A DNA stretch of 63,434 nt, the filler included, from Intoshia linei (Eukaryota; Animalia; Orthonectida), in the NCBI GenBank assembly GCA_001642005.1. It is 6 parts of 6 records of this genome, joined end to end, with 100 filler letters (N's around TTAATTAATTAA, not from the genome) between each part and the next. Parts side by side here need not be neighbours in the genome. Positions count along the whole stretch, not along the records: positions 1 to 15,497 come from LWCA01000909.1; 5 more parts are not named here. The stretch is one strand, 5' to 3'. Shown here in pieces: positions 1 through 12,671 of the stretch. Within the stretch, counting starts at the first letter, position 1; each line of letters begins with the position of its first letter. The position numbers and the translations under genes are program-made. The notes under the pieces are model-generated. The model had not been told where the DNA came from, did no database searches, and worked only from the letters and a program-made list of their open reading frames with translations.

Positions 1-565
1 TCATTTAGCCAATTGCGGATTGTTCTCGAGGATACATTTAGCCAACTTCTTCAGCAATTCAGTAGCCAATTGAATCGATAAAACACGAGGACTTTCATTA
101 ACCCGCTCCACAACAAAATTAATATGGTTGTTTATTTAATTTCCGAGGTCTACTACTTGTTATGCCTCTTTTTGGATCATGGCGAGATACTAACCTGCCG
201 ATTGTGGTATGGGAGACGCTATACCGGGTCGCGAGGAAATCACTACTCCTATTTTCTTTAAATAGAGCAAGAATTTCAAATTTTTCATCATGTGTTAAAT
301 GTCTCATTATCAACCCATTTGAAAACAATTTTTCTGAAATTTATTGATACATTTTTTAAATGCGTTTAATTTAAATTGTGCAATACTTTTTTCCATGTCT
401 TAAAATTTAGGAAATTAATGTTGTATTTTCGTGAGTACTAATGAATTTTTTTACTGGAAGATATATTATTATTGGTATTATATAATTTAAATTTCGAGAT
501 TTTGCGCTTTTAGTCAATTTTTATTTAACAATATGGAAATTAAGCAATACTTTTTTCCAGTAGTG
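1..565 (-). mobile_element. Tc1-family DNA transposon, 5' end: frameshifted transposase N-terminus and IR/DR-type terminal repeat; probably within a UBR5 intron
   Basis: The minus-strand ORF gives a paired-like HTH (MRHLTHDEKFEILAL...ATRYSVSHTTIGRLV...RPRKL). It continues across frameshifts as NFVVERVNESPR...LNVSSRTIRNWL. The end reads TA|CACTACTGGAAAAAAGTATTGC (565, TA at 566-567). A 16-bp direct repeat GCAATACTTTTTTCCA occurs at 380-395 and 544-559. Confidence 0.85.
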
Positions 566-790
566 TATATTAACTTAATTATATTATTATGTAGATGTGT
601 ACACTTATTGACTCTTCTCTCCCTAGAGACTTTTACAGATTATATGAACATAAACCAATGCAGTGTTGTAGTAATATCAATAATTTGGTGCTTAATTATT
701 GTGTCACAAGTTTACACACATATACTCTCGATAATAATAAGATGATCACTTTTTGGTAATTAAATTGAATTTTAAAGTTTAATTTTTTAG

Positions 791-3700
791 GAGTGCATAC
801 AGAAAGAATGATACTGGTCACAATACAGGACAAAAAAAGTTTAAGAGAAATTTTGAAAATTTACAAAGCGAAAACAAAAAAGTTTATGAAAAGTTTCAAG
901 AGAATGAGCGTGTCAGAAAGAAAAAGGAGCCAATTTATCAAAAAGAATCCTTATGTTATAGAATTAGCCCTGGTGAATCACCAGATTGTTTTCAATTAAA
1001 GAATGATGCCTGGGGTGAATCTGTTACCTACCAATTTGAAAAGTATGAATCCCATCAAAACAATGAAAAAGAAATTTTCGAGTGGAAAATAAACGATATG
1101 ATTTTTTTACAACCATCCAGATCAGACGCTCCAATAGGCACCATAATCAAGGTAGATAATGATGTTTGTATCGTTCAATTTGACAACGATGTAAGCTACC
1201 GCCACATGAAAAATAATGAAAATTCAAATGTACTTAGAACGTTAGATAAATGCAGACTTATAAACTCCTCCGAATTAATCAGAATAGATAATAATACTAT
1301 AAATTACGAAAATGACATTTCTGAATCTTTGCAAGGTTTGAAAGAAAAATATGATATGGTCGTGGATAATACAGAAATGGTGGCTAATGGGATGTTTATA
1401 GGAGTACCAGATCAAATCAGCCTTGCTAATATTTTGATCAAAAACGATGTTATTCATTCAGTTACGGCTAATTCAAAAAATTTAATTTTTTTGGTTTCAA
1501 ATGAAGGGACTTTTTATTTGATCCTATACAATTTAAAAACCGATTACGTGGACAAACGAGTATCTATTAGCGTAGAATATGATGGTTTAATTGGAAACCA
1601 ATCAAATAATCTCCAAATCCATGCTTGTGGCGATAATTATTATATTATCGATGGCAATGGCTGTTTTTTTTCTATAATAATAAACCATTCCAAATCGACA
1701 TTAGAACCCAGATGGCAAAATTTGCTTCCTTTGAGGTGTTCAGATACAAATTTAATTAGAATGAATGGCATGAAACCAGTATACATTGCCGTGTCTATTT
1801 TTAAATACGATGAATGGATTCCAAATGTAATGAGATCGAATATTATCAAAATTAGTTCCATGCTGAATGAAATGATGAATTCTAGTGATGAAGATATGGT
1901 TAATAATAGATTGATTCAAATGTCTCGTGAGAGGGTTGACGGAAATTTAAATATTTTGCAAGTTATGGTGTTATTACTTTCACCTAGCGTTTACAATGTC
2001 GATTTTGGAGTATATCGGTTTAAAGACGCTGCAAATAAACCATCAGTATCTGAAAAAAACGAGGAAACACCCATATCTGACATCGAAGATGAAGCATCAA
2101 CTTGGAAAACGTATAATGATAATGTAAAAAACTTGTGGAAAAAGGTAAAACTATTAGACGATTCTATTGATTGGGAACCAATCGGAAAATATGATGACAG
2201 TGACCTGAGTAAAGAAACTCACCTAAAAAAATTATGCAAGGAACGTAGAACCCTCAACTTGTCCATTTTGAAAATTTTTCTGAAATTTTTCCAGATAGTA
2301 AAACACCGATCTACCAAAATTTTTTCAACAATTAAAACAATGTTTTTTCATTGCACTGCCGATTCTCATACTGCATTTTCTTATTCTATAAAGCTTAGAT
2401 GTTATGACATTTCTATACTTATTTTTACTGTTTGCAAAACTTTGTTCTCACTTCAGGAAGAGCCTCAAAATAATTTCACTGTCTCTTCTTTTTATAGATG
2501 CTTGGCAAAAAACTATTCAAATATAAATTCAGCTTATTTGCAACCAATGTTTATGCTCATCAATAACAATCTGTGCACGTTTACTTGGACCTCTGAATTG
2601 CATTCTTATCAAGATATTTATGCTTGTAAAACTTGCGGATTTGAAGGAGATGTATGTTGTTGCGCAGAATGTAGGAATCTTTGTCACGCTAATCACGATG
2701 TTGTTTTAAAAGCCAAATCTCAAACTGCGTATTGTGATTGTATCAAAAAAGGTAAATGCTCAAATCAAAGTTTTATATTTGGTAGTCAAAAAAAGAGATT
2801 AGAATTGTTTAAACTTCTTTTTACTTATACGAGGTTGGCTTATTTGCCAGCTAGAAATGGAGAGTCCATGTTATTGTATCAGATTAAAAATTTTTGTCGC
2901 AAGGTGACTGAATACCGCAGGTATTGCTTATCTGGTAAACAATCGCGTTTGTCCGACCAGTTAAACTCAAAGCGTGTTCATAAACTGCCACACGAATTAT
3001 TTTACTTTTTGGTGCACTCCGTAATGATTTTAATGAGTGACAAAGAATCAATAAATATTTTGTTAAAAGGATATTACAACAATTTACTCTCTATGAAGAA
3101 ATCGATTAAAACCTCCCATCAAATTGACACTTTTTCTCATATTATTGTCAATGTTTGTAATGCCAATTTATTCGAAAATTTCATAAAAACTCTGATTGAC
3201 ATTAATAACGATGAAACGGAAGATTATAACAAAAATTGTCATTTGAAAGTATTTATAGATTCCATTATTAGAGTTTTCACTATTGTGTGTCTAGAAAACC
3301 ACATTAAAAACAGTCACATGTTGAAACGAAGTTATACCACTTATGAAAATATGATACTGGAAGAAAAAAAACTTGGGGTTCTTACATTCCAACCCTTTAT
3401 TAACATTATCGAAGCTCGTACGAAATGTTGTTATATTTTTAAAGTATTTCCCGAAATGAGTATATTCTCTTTACTTAAGTCATCGTGTTCTCTTATTAGT
3501 CCAATCACTTTGGGAGTTCCAAGTCCGCCATGCTCCATAAATTTTGATATTTGTGATGCATTGACCATGGAATTGAATGATTTACTTTTCAATAATGCAT
3601 CGACAGATGACAACCTTATAGCTTATGATAATCCAGTGACGTATGCTAATCACGGGCCACTCGAAAGATCATTGGTTTATGATAATATAGATGTGGAACC

Positions 3701-6700
3701 TACAACATTCAATCGAATAATTAATACTGAATACAGATCTACTGATGTTCACGATACTGACGAATTTGATGACATGGAAGACGTTCAAATAATTGATACT
3801 ATTAACTCTGATACTACTATGAATGCGCGATATACGTCAGAAGTAGAAATTTTTCCTTCAATGGAGGAGACTAGATTGCCTGATATTGATTTTTTGAACA
3901 TTTTGAGTAGATACCCGTCCGAAAATAACGATGCTTGTTCCAATTCTAGTGTTTCTCAGTCTGATTCCAAGTGTGAAAACAATATCAACGAAGAGGAAGC
4001 GTTTTCTTATATGCTGCAAATTTTGTCCGAATGTGTCAAGGTCCGTAAATTTTCCAAAAAAATTGGTACTTACGATGTTTCTACAATTGAAACTGATAAA
4101 AACGTGGCCATTTGCTTTTCTGCTCACATTAAGCAAATCTGTGATATTCTTTTGTTCCAAATCACGTATAGCAATGATGCACTCATTCAAATCGAAAGAA
4201 GTGAATTAAAAAATTGGCCCGCCATAAAGAAAACAATACTGAGTCACGTGGAACCTGTTTGGAATTGGATAACACCAATATTGGATACTTTAGAATCTCA
4301 GTTGAAATGCATTGCACGGAACATGTACAAGAATAAACATTTGCGGTTCAAATCGAATAATATTTTTTCCAACAATGTGGGTTTGTCCAGTGTTGATCCT
4401 AGCGTAAACAATGCTTCCATTTTGCGATTTATGGTACCTCAAAATATTGGGATGAGTAATACCAGGTGTATTAGAGAAGTAGACACGCGGAAAAATTTTA
4501 TGGAGCACATTTTGTCATTATTACGTTTTGGATCCAATGAAATTACGAATTATTTCCCTAATGCCAATGTTAAAAGTCTTTCACACATTTCAATTATTTT
4601 GGATGCTTTATTGCATTTGAGGGATTGTATATATAAATATGAAGGTAAATTTTTTGAATCGAAAAATGAAAACTTCAATAGTGTCTATAGTCCAAACATC
4701 CATTTAAATTTTAATGATACCAACAGAAAATTTTTCAGTACTGTCTTGGAGGTAAATGCTTTCAAGGATACCACCAATTATGTCGTCACTTTTTCAAAAA
4801 GCGTAGATGAATCACTACCTCTCGTTCGTTATCATCATAAACTTAATGAATTTACTGAATACAAAGATATTTTCCAGCAAAACAATAATTTTAGTACATT
4901 ATCTACTGAAGCCAAGTATTACATTGACAAAATTGAAAATATTGAAGATTGTAGTATGTATCATTCTATTTTGAATACTTCCAAAAGATTTCCTTTCTTT
5001 ATCAAACAAAACAGAACTCCCATTATGAATGATAATTATGCAAAAAGATGGTACAGATCCATTATTTTCTTTTCTCGCGAATTAAATAACAAACACGGAT
5101 TCAATTATTTTTCAATGATGAAAAATATGGGAGGTTTTGGAATTGTTGAAGCCAAAATTATCAAAAACTTGAGAATGATGCGGATATTGGCAGATAGTGA
5201 TTTTAGTATTAAAGTTAACAGAAGTCCACCCATTTTGTTGCTATCCACGTTTAAACAAATATGTCGACATTTTTGGAAATACTGGAATGAAACAAACAGT
5301 GTAATACCGATTAGCAGATTCAGAGTTTCATTTGTTTATGAACCAGGAGAAGGGTCCGGTGTATCTAGAAGTTTCTTTATTGTTTTTATTGAAGCAATCA
5401 TGTCTAAAGTTGTACTGTCTGAATTTTTGAAAAATATTGAAAAAAAAGACATTGAAGAATTTTATCATCAATACGGAAAGTATATAAATAGAGTCAACTA
5501 CAAGAGTCAACTGAATTATGACACGTCTGCATTCAAAATTGATGATTATAACAGTGAAACGATTTTTGTTGATTCAGATAAACATCGTTATTCTTGTTCG
5601 ATTAACGTAAATGATTATAAAATTTCTATTGGTCAAAATTTGTATAATATCGTCGATGATTTGTGTGGAGAACATAGTAGTAAAATTGTTATGATGATTT
5701 TGTCCTTTGAAAAGGCTGATATAAAGAATATTATTTCTTCGAAAATTCAAATGGGTGCTTATATTAGAGAATGTTTAAATATTATCGTAGACCATGAAAA
5801 TATTCACGTCACTGATACCAATTTATATTTACTAACCTTTGGTAATGTGAGGAGTATGAACGATATTTCTCTTGTTAATTGTAGATTTTTTTATGAACCT
5901 AGTAATACCGGCTATTTGGTACCCCAGCATGTTGAAAATGGGTTCATGAAAAATTACATTTTTAAATATATAGGATTTTTGATGGGCGTGGCTTTACAAC
6001 AAAATGAAATGTTTCATTTAAATTTATGTCGTCCTGTTGTCAAATATTTGTTAGATCAACAAGTGTGTTGGCATGATTTTGCATATTATGATCTCGAAGC
6101 TTATGAGGGGTTGAGGAAAATGTTGTATAGAGTTGAATGTGGGGACTTAAAATATATTGATGATTTGGATTTATATTTTAATTTGCAGCAAACTGAAGGA
6201 GAGGGCGGGAAATTTGTAGAGTTAATTCGTAACGGTACGGAAGTGAAAGTAAGCAGTGAAAATGTTTTTGATTATGTTAGATTGTATACAATGGAAAAAA
6301 TGATAAATTGTCGAAAATCTATTTTGGATTCTATAAAAAAGGGAATATTAAGAGTAATGCCTTTGGAGCACCTCAAAGAACTTACACCCGAATATTTCCA
6401 TCTGATGACGTGTGGCGTATCTACGGTAGACATCAATCGACTAAAAAGAATTACAAAAATTCAAAATGAAAGTTCGGTAGATCACAAGAGATTAACAGAT
6501 TTCGTAAACTTATTTTGGTCGACTGTGTCCAATATGTCAAATGGAGATAAACAAAAGTTGATTTATTTTTGGATGTCTCGACCGCAATTACCCGCAACCA
6601 GTAAATCACTATACCCTTTGCCATCTATAGCTATTCGTCCTCCAGATGAAACACATCTCCCGACAGCAAACACTTGCGTATCAAGATTATACATACCAAT

Positions 6701-6773
6701 ATACTCAAGTCAGCGCGTATTGGAATCGAAATTATACCAAGCTATTGAAACAAAGTCATTTGGATTTGTTTAA
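791..6773 (+). CDS. UBR5: E3 ubiquitin ligase UBR5/EDD/hyd, large terminal exon (5' exons outside the window)
   Basis: Acceptor TTTTTTAG at 790; the frame is open from 792 to 6773. UBR-box: CTFTWT...YACKTC...CCCAEC...CH..H...AYCDC. MLLE-like segment: IGQNLY...SSKIVMMIL. HECT domain ends HLPTANTCVSRLYIPIYSS...KSFGFV. Confidence 0.96.
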
Positions 6774-6841
6774 AGTGTATTTAATACATTTAAAAATTGT
6801 TTTAATCTTTTTCAAACGTCCTATTTGATATATTTTTAAAA

Positions 6842-9339
6842 TTATATATTTTTTACTGGGTCTTCGATTTCTTCGCAGGTTGTTGTGAAGGCGATATTCT
6901 TTTCTCGTTTTAATATGGAAAAGTTTGTATTTAGCAAATCCACAATATTTTGGGCTTTTGAGCAAGATGGGTTTAGTCTGTAAATTTAATTATAATACAT
7001 TTTACCTAGATTAATATTTTTATTCAGTCTAAATTTGGAGGGTTCTGATGTTTATCAAGTCAAGACACATTAAATATAAAGTTACATGATACATCTCTGC
7101 GCCCACAGTAAAGCATTCGATACATCTTCTATTTCATAAAACATTTGTGCTATAGCCAACTGTACCTTGTAGTCCTTCATAAGTTTAAAGGATTCCAATC
7201 TAATATATGACATTAATCTAAAAATTAAAACCTTTCATTGTACTCTTCAAGTGAATCATAATTTTTCAAAAATTCAACCAATCCAATTATCGCCGGGCTA
7301 TAATTTGGCTTTAACTCGAGAGCTTTTTCAAAGTATAATCTACACTAAATAATAAGTATATTAAAATTCATAAATTACTTCTTCTTTATCTTTATTTTTG
7401 ATTTTAGTTTTTACTTGCAATTTTAATGCAATTACCTTTGCTGCCAACTAAATGTAAGTACATACTAGAAGAAAACTTACAGTCTGTAGGCGCCAACTGT
7501 TTGGCAATAATTTAATAAATTCGAACAATTGAGAATTCAGTCGAACCGTCATATTTTCCTTTTGATAAATCCATATCATTTCTATATACAAAATGTTTAT
7601 AAATAATTTTGAAAAGTAACCATTCATAAGTTCAAAACGTCGACTATTTACATAAAGTCCTTTTTTTCCACAAGCGAGCGCTCTATGTGGTTTACCTAAC
7701 TTAGACAAAGCTATATATTTAACAACGTAAGCATCTTCAAGGCAGCGCAAACTCAATAAAACCTAAACGTATGTATGATAAACATGTTGATAAAAACCCT
7801 ATCGGCGAAATAAATGGCTTCGATAAATTTTCTTTGCATCAAACACATGTATCCAGCGCATAAAAGTGTTTCCGAAGATCCATTGTTCTCACTGGCAATT
7901 TTTGAAACAATTCTATACTGTTTTTAATGTGATCATTTCATAAAAATTACTCGTCCATTTTATCAGTTTTCCCGAGATTATAGTAAATGTGAGCCATCAA
8001 ATAACAATATAGGTGCGTAGGACTAACACGGAGGGACTAATTTTATAATTACACATCATACGATATTACTTGTTTGTAGCAAACATATGCTTTAGAAAAA
8101 TCTCCTTCGTAATAATAATTTCGAAACATAGATTTGTATAAAAAATTACATTGCTTAATTTCACTCTAAACATGAATAAACTATACACTAATTTTTACGT
8201 TAAATAATATGGTCAAATTTTCGTTAGATTCCTTATACTGGCCAGTGGCAGATAAAATTTCCATTTCAATCAGATTTGAAAACCTAAATTGGTAAATTGT
8301 GTAAACTTACGCAAATGAATACCAGGAATAGTCAAAATTCATGTTTACCATATTTTCCTTTACAATGGATTTGATATCTTGGGTGGGTACATTAAATACG
8401 GCTAATTTTCTTATAACATCTAACGACATGGGACATTTACTAATAATTTTTTTCAAAATAATACTTTTAAACGTCTTACGCTAACAATCTTTTATAGGTG
8501 CTAATAGATTTTTCAGTATTTTCAGATACAGAATATAATAAAGCTAACAAATTCAATGTGTTTGAAGTTTCATATTTTCTGTCAATTTTCTTAAGCTAGT
8601 TTTAACAAAATACATTCCAAATTAAATTATAAATTACAGCAATAATCCCTTTATAGAAATCGAATAATTTAACATAACACTCTGATATTTTGAATATTAT
8701 ATAAGCATCTATCTAAATACCGTTGTACTTTAAATTTATTATTTTTACCTTTAAAGCTTCATCCTTGGCATCTTTATCAAGCTTAAATAACATTTTTTTA
8801 TTTGTCATTTTTGCAAGCATAAAATGTTGCTACATGTATTTAATTAAATTTATAAATTCCTATTTTAGATCACACAATATAGTATGAAGTAGAATTTAAT
8901 ATGGTTCAAAGTTATTGTTTCATTTAGAAAATATATCGATAGCAAAAAATTTTTTTTTATCACAGCCACATATTAACATAAATTCTCAGTTCTCATGTAA
9001 AACCATGTCCAATCATTGATTGATTAAGACCTGTCAACTGAATACATATTTATAAGCTGATTATTTCTCAAATTATTCCGAACAAAGATTCAAAATGTCA
9101 TGTATCAGAATAAATACCAGAGCTATAGAATAATGTTTCAATTTAAAACTTCCTTTTCCGCCAAGTATATGAATTTTAATCAAATCTGTTCTAGGAATAT
9201 TTTCATGAGACATGCTCTGTAAAATTTCAATCTATTTTAAATATTGTACATTTTTTATAATTTTAAAATTTACATAAGTTTTCATATCATTATATAGTCC
9301 AGCTTCATAAAGATTTTTTATAGATTTTATGATATTCAT
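6842..9339 (-). CDS. ANAPC7: Anaphase-promoting complex subunit 7 (multi-exon TPR protein)
   Basis: The spliced translation begins MNIIKSIKNLYEAGLYNDMKTY (cf. APC7 MNVIDHVRDMAAAGLHSNV). It includes FKISECY and KSISTYKKIV..KCPMSLDVI (cf. YKMAECY, SVTSYKEVLRQCPLALDAI). The last exon is LNPSCSKAQ...KNI*. Many small GT-AG introns; internal exons were not all resolved. Confidence 0.85.
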
Positions 9340-9864
9340 GGAATGAGATTTTAAAAATGTAACAAAAACTCTACTTTATTTTGGAACCAATATAAAAAAT
9401 ATTTCGCCAATTAGTGTCTTGCAATAATAATTCTGAAATACATGACAAATATCTAAAATTGTGTATATGGATTTTCAATTTATTTGATGCATATCACTAA
9501 AAATATATTAAAACATTGACGGATTTTTGTACCTTTCCTTAAATAATTTTTATTTCTAAAAAAATTTGACTGATTTTTGAAATTATATTTTTGGGTCGCT
9601 ATATAAGGAAAAAATTAACCCATTTTCAAAGTAGTTTTCGACTTTAATTTAATTTCACAATTTTTAGTCTTATTTATTTTAAAAATTTTAACCATTATGA
9701 ATCATGATTCTTGATAGTTAAGGATGGAATAGTAAACCAACAACACCTTGCAAAATATCAAATTTAAAGTAATAACAATTTCAAATTATCACTACACTAC
9801 CATTCAAAACGAATCGTTGCCATGTATACGTGTGAATATAGATATCATTTGAACACAATTAAAA
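9340..9864. promoter_or_regulatory. Putative bidirectional promoter region between ANAPC7 and PGS1
   Basis: Head-to-head start codons ~525 bp apart; inferred from the arrangement only. Confidence 0.5.
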
Positions 9865-11819
9865 ATGGAGTACGGCGAATTTATCCCGGATCATTTGAAC
9901 CACGTTCCTATAATACCAATAAATCCTGAAAATGTTAAAATACTAAGTACACCTAGAGAATTTTACAGAGAACTAATGGTTAGTATTTTTTATATATAAA
10001 ATACATCATATAAATTAGAAAAAAATTGAATCTGCTCAACACAGAATTACTTTAACTAGTTTATATATTGGAGATTCTGGTTTAGAAGAGGATATGGTAA
10101 TTTATATTTTACATATCTTACATTTGTATAGATAAATCTTATCGATAAAAAAGTAAACGTTACTGAAAATCCGGTTAAATGTTTAATTCTTATTGATAAA
10201 AATAGAGGAAGACGTAAACCTCACTCAGAAAGAAATTTTCAACTCACCAGAATCATTCATATTGTAATTTTTATATATCGGATTTATCAACCACTTGGGA
10301 AGTTGAACGTTGTTGTTTCATAAAAAACAAAAAAAATTTTAATATCCATAAAATTTGACGGCGAGGGTAAATTATTTTTTTGATCAATACATTATATTAA
10401 TTCTACAAATCCATCACGGTTGATTTATATTTTATTTATCTATATCAGCGCTAATTCATCATGACAACTAAAGGGTCAAAAGATTATATATTTTTTTAAC
10501 TAAATGAAATGTACCAAAAATCGTATAACGCCAATAATATGCGTTTATGTGACGATCAACTATAGCTTAACGACATTTAAATAGGTTATTAATATAAATA
10601 ATTTTAGCTTACCAAATACAATCGAAACCCAGAAAATTTTAGTGTATATTTTCATAATAACGGTAGAATTAAAAATTACCACAAATATTTACTTTGTAAA
10701 AGAGTGGTTGAATTAATTGGAGTTATGCATATGAAAGTGTATATAATTGACGACTCTGTCATTATATCTGGGTAATTAATAAAGTAAATATATTCTTTAC
10801 ATATTACACTTAGTGCCAACCTTGGAGCAACTTATTTCAAAAATAGACAAGACAGATATTATGTATTTGAAAATGAAAAAATTTTGGCAGATTTGTATAA
10901 TAACGTAGTTTGTCTTTTCAAAAAAATATCATTCAAACTGAACAAAATTAATCGCCTTGAACCTTGTATTTGAATTGTTTTCATTTTAAAAATAATTTAG
11001 GCTCAAGAGAAGGCATTCTGACAGACTTTATATCCACCTGTAGAGATTGCAAAGCTAAAATAAAAAAATCTAATAGAGATTTTAATACACACGTTATACC
11101 TACTTTCAATATACCCGATCAACTAATTCACGATGATAATGATATTTTAGACCAAATTTTGACCAATACTAACGATTATCAAATGTTTTTTTCTACAGGA
11201 TACTTTAACCCAACCCCTTCCATCACTTACCATTTAATTACACGTCGGCACAATTCTACACTTTTAATTCCATCTCAGGAGGTTTTTGATTTTTATAAAA
11301 GGAAATAAATTATTTCAGGCAAATGGATTTTACGGTGCGCGTGGTTTATCTAAATATGCTCCAATAATTTACGATTCACTTTTACATGCATTTTTGAAAC
11401 AAATACCATCAAATTTTTACCCAAAAATGTCTGTTTACCAATATTATCGAAAAAATTGGACATTTCATGCAAAAGGTTTATGGCTTTACAAATCAAATAT
11501 TCAATCTGACATTTGTATCACCTCGATTGGATCTTCAAATTATGGTTACTTGATAAAATTAACTATATATTTGTCATTTAGGTTACAGGTCAAACCAACG
11601 AGATATCGAATCACAAGTTTACTTATTTACCAAAGATAAAAGTCTAATGCAAAACATTGACAAGGTTTTTTGTTTGACATTTAACTTGATTCGTAATTTT
11701 AGGAGAGATTGCTGTTATTCAATTTTGCTCAAAACAAAATTATACGAAACAATTCGAGCCTTATAAATACAACCAAATGTTTTACGATAATATCCAAATA
11801 TTTAAAAACTCTGTTATGA
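9865..11819 (+). CDS. PGS1: Mitochondrial phosphatidylglycerophosphate synthase (PLD/HKD family), multi-exon
   Basis: Motifs across the spliced exons: VKILSTPREFY, ITLTSLYIG, ELIGVMHMKVYIIDDSVIISG|ANLGATYFKNRQDRY, STGYFNP, ANGFYGARG, WTFHAKGLW, IGSSNYGYRS..RDIESQV. Confidence 0.93.
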
Positions 11820-11841
11820 TTTATTTTACAATATATTTAAA

Positions 11842-12323
11842 TTATTCGTGTATACTTTCACCATTTGTTTCTACAATATTATCCTCAATAGGGTTGGAAT
11901 TTGAAATTGCATTCATTTCGTTATTCTTCTTTTCTTTGATATTATCTTTTTTACGTTTTTGTTGGTCACGAAAAACTTTGAGAGAGGTTTCCAGTTCTGG
12001 AACAAATGTAGAAAAATTCATACCATTCATGGCTTCAATAATGTCTTTTGCCAGTAAAGTTTTACGCTTATTACTAATTGCCAAATTGTTAGCACTAGAA
12101 TTGTATAAATTACACATTATTACATTTTTAATTACCAAGCAGTCGTGTACAAAACGAAAACGCTGGCTGCTTTAGATATTACAGTTTTGACTTCTTTGGA
12201 TACATGAACATTAGGTGGTATCTAAATATGGTCATTTAAATTCATTGATAAAATTACAGCTTCTTTAATAATTCTATTTACACAAGCTTGCGGTAAATTC
12301 AAATCTTCCGGTTTTTCTGCCAT
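11842..12323 (-). CDS. POLE3: DNA polymerase epsilon subunit 3 / CHRAC17 (histone fold), 3 exons
   Basis: MAEKPEDLNLPQACVNRIIKEA|IPPNVHVSKEVKTVISKAASVFVLYTTAC ANNLAISNKRKTL. Introns 12222-12257 (36 bp) and 12095-12135 (41 bp). Confidence 0.95.
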
Positions 12324-12671
12324 ATTGTGTATCAAATAGAGGTGCTGTTTATTTTTATGGAGCGAGATTAATCCAAATTTTGATTATCGCGTTGTAGCAT
12401 TGTCATAGATAACTATTGAAACACGTAACCAATAGATGGTTTTAAATTTCTGTGTTTTGAGTTTAGTATACTATAAACTCTACGCTCAATTTAATTTAAG
12501 CGGCTCAAATTTTAAATTTACGAGTGTAGTCATAGTTATGATTACATTTTAAATTAAAAGTTACATTATCAATCAATGTAGTCTTAGAAATACTAAAACA
12601 TTTAATTCGATCTTTAAATGATTTCGTTTTTGAATTTGATTACTATGATTTGTAAATATATTTAATTAACC
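12324..12671. promoter_or_regulatory. Putative bidirectional promoter region between POLE3 and POLR2G
   Basis: Head-to-head start codons 348 bp apart; inferred from the arrangement only. Confidence 0.55.

Noticed and set aside
590-720. TG...CA-bounded segment as a solo LTR
   Set aside because: No TSD and no second copy in the window.
1275-5510. Short ORFs within or antisense to UBR5
   Set aside because: Shadow frames of a long coding exon; no motifs.
11777-12175. 132-aa hydrophobic plus-strand ORF
   Set aside because: Antisense to POLE3; the hydrophobicity mirrors the Lys/Glu-rich tail.
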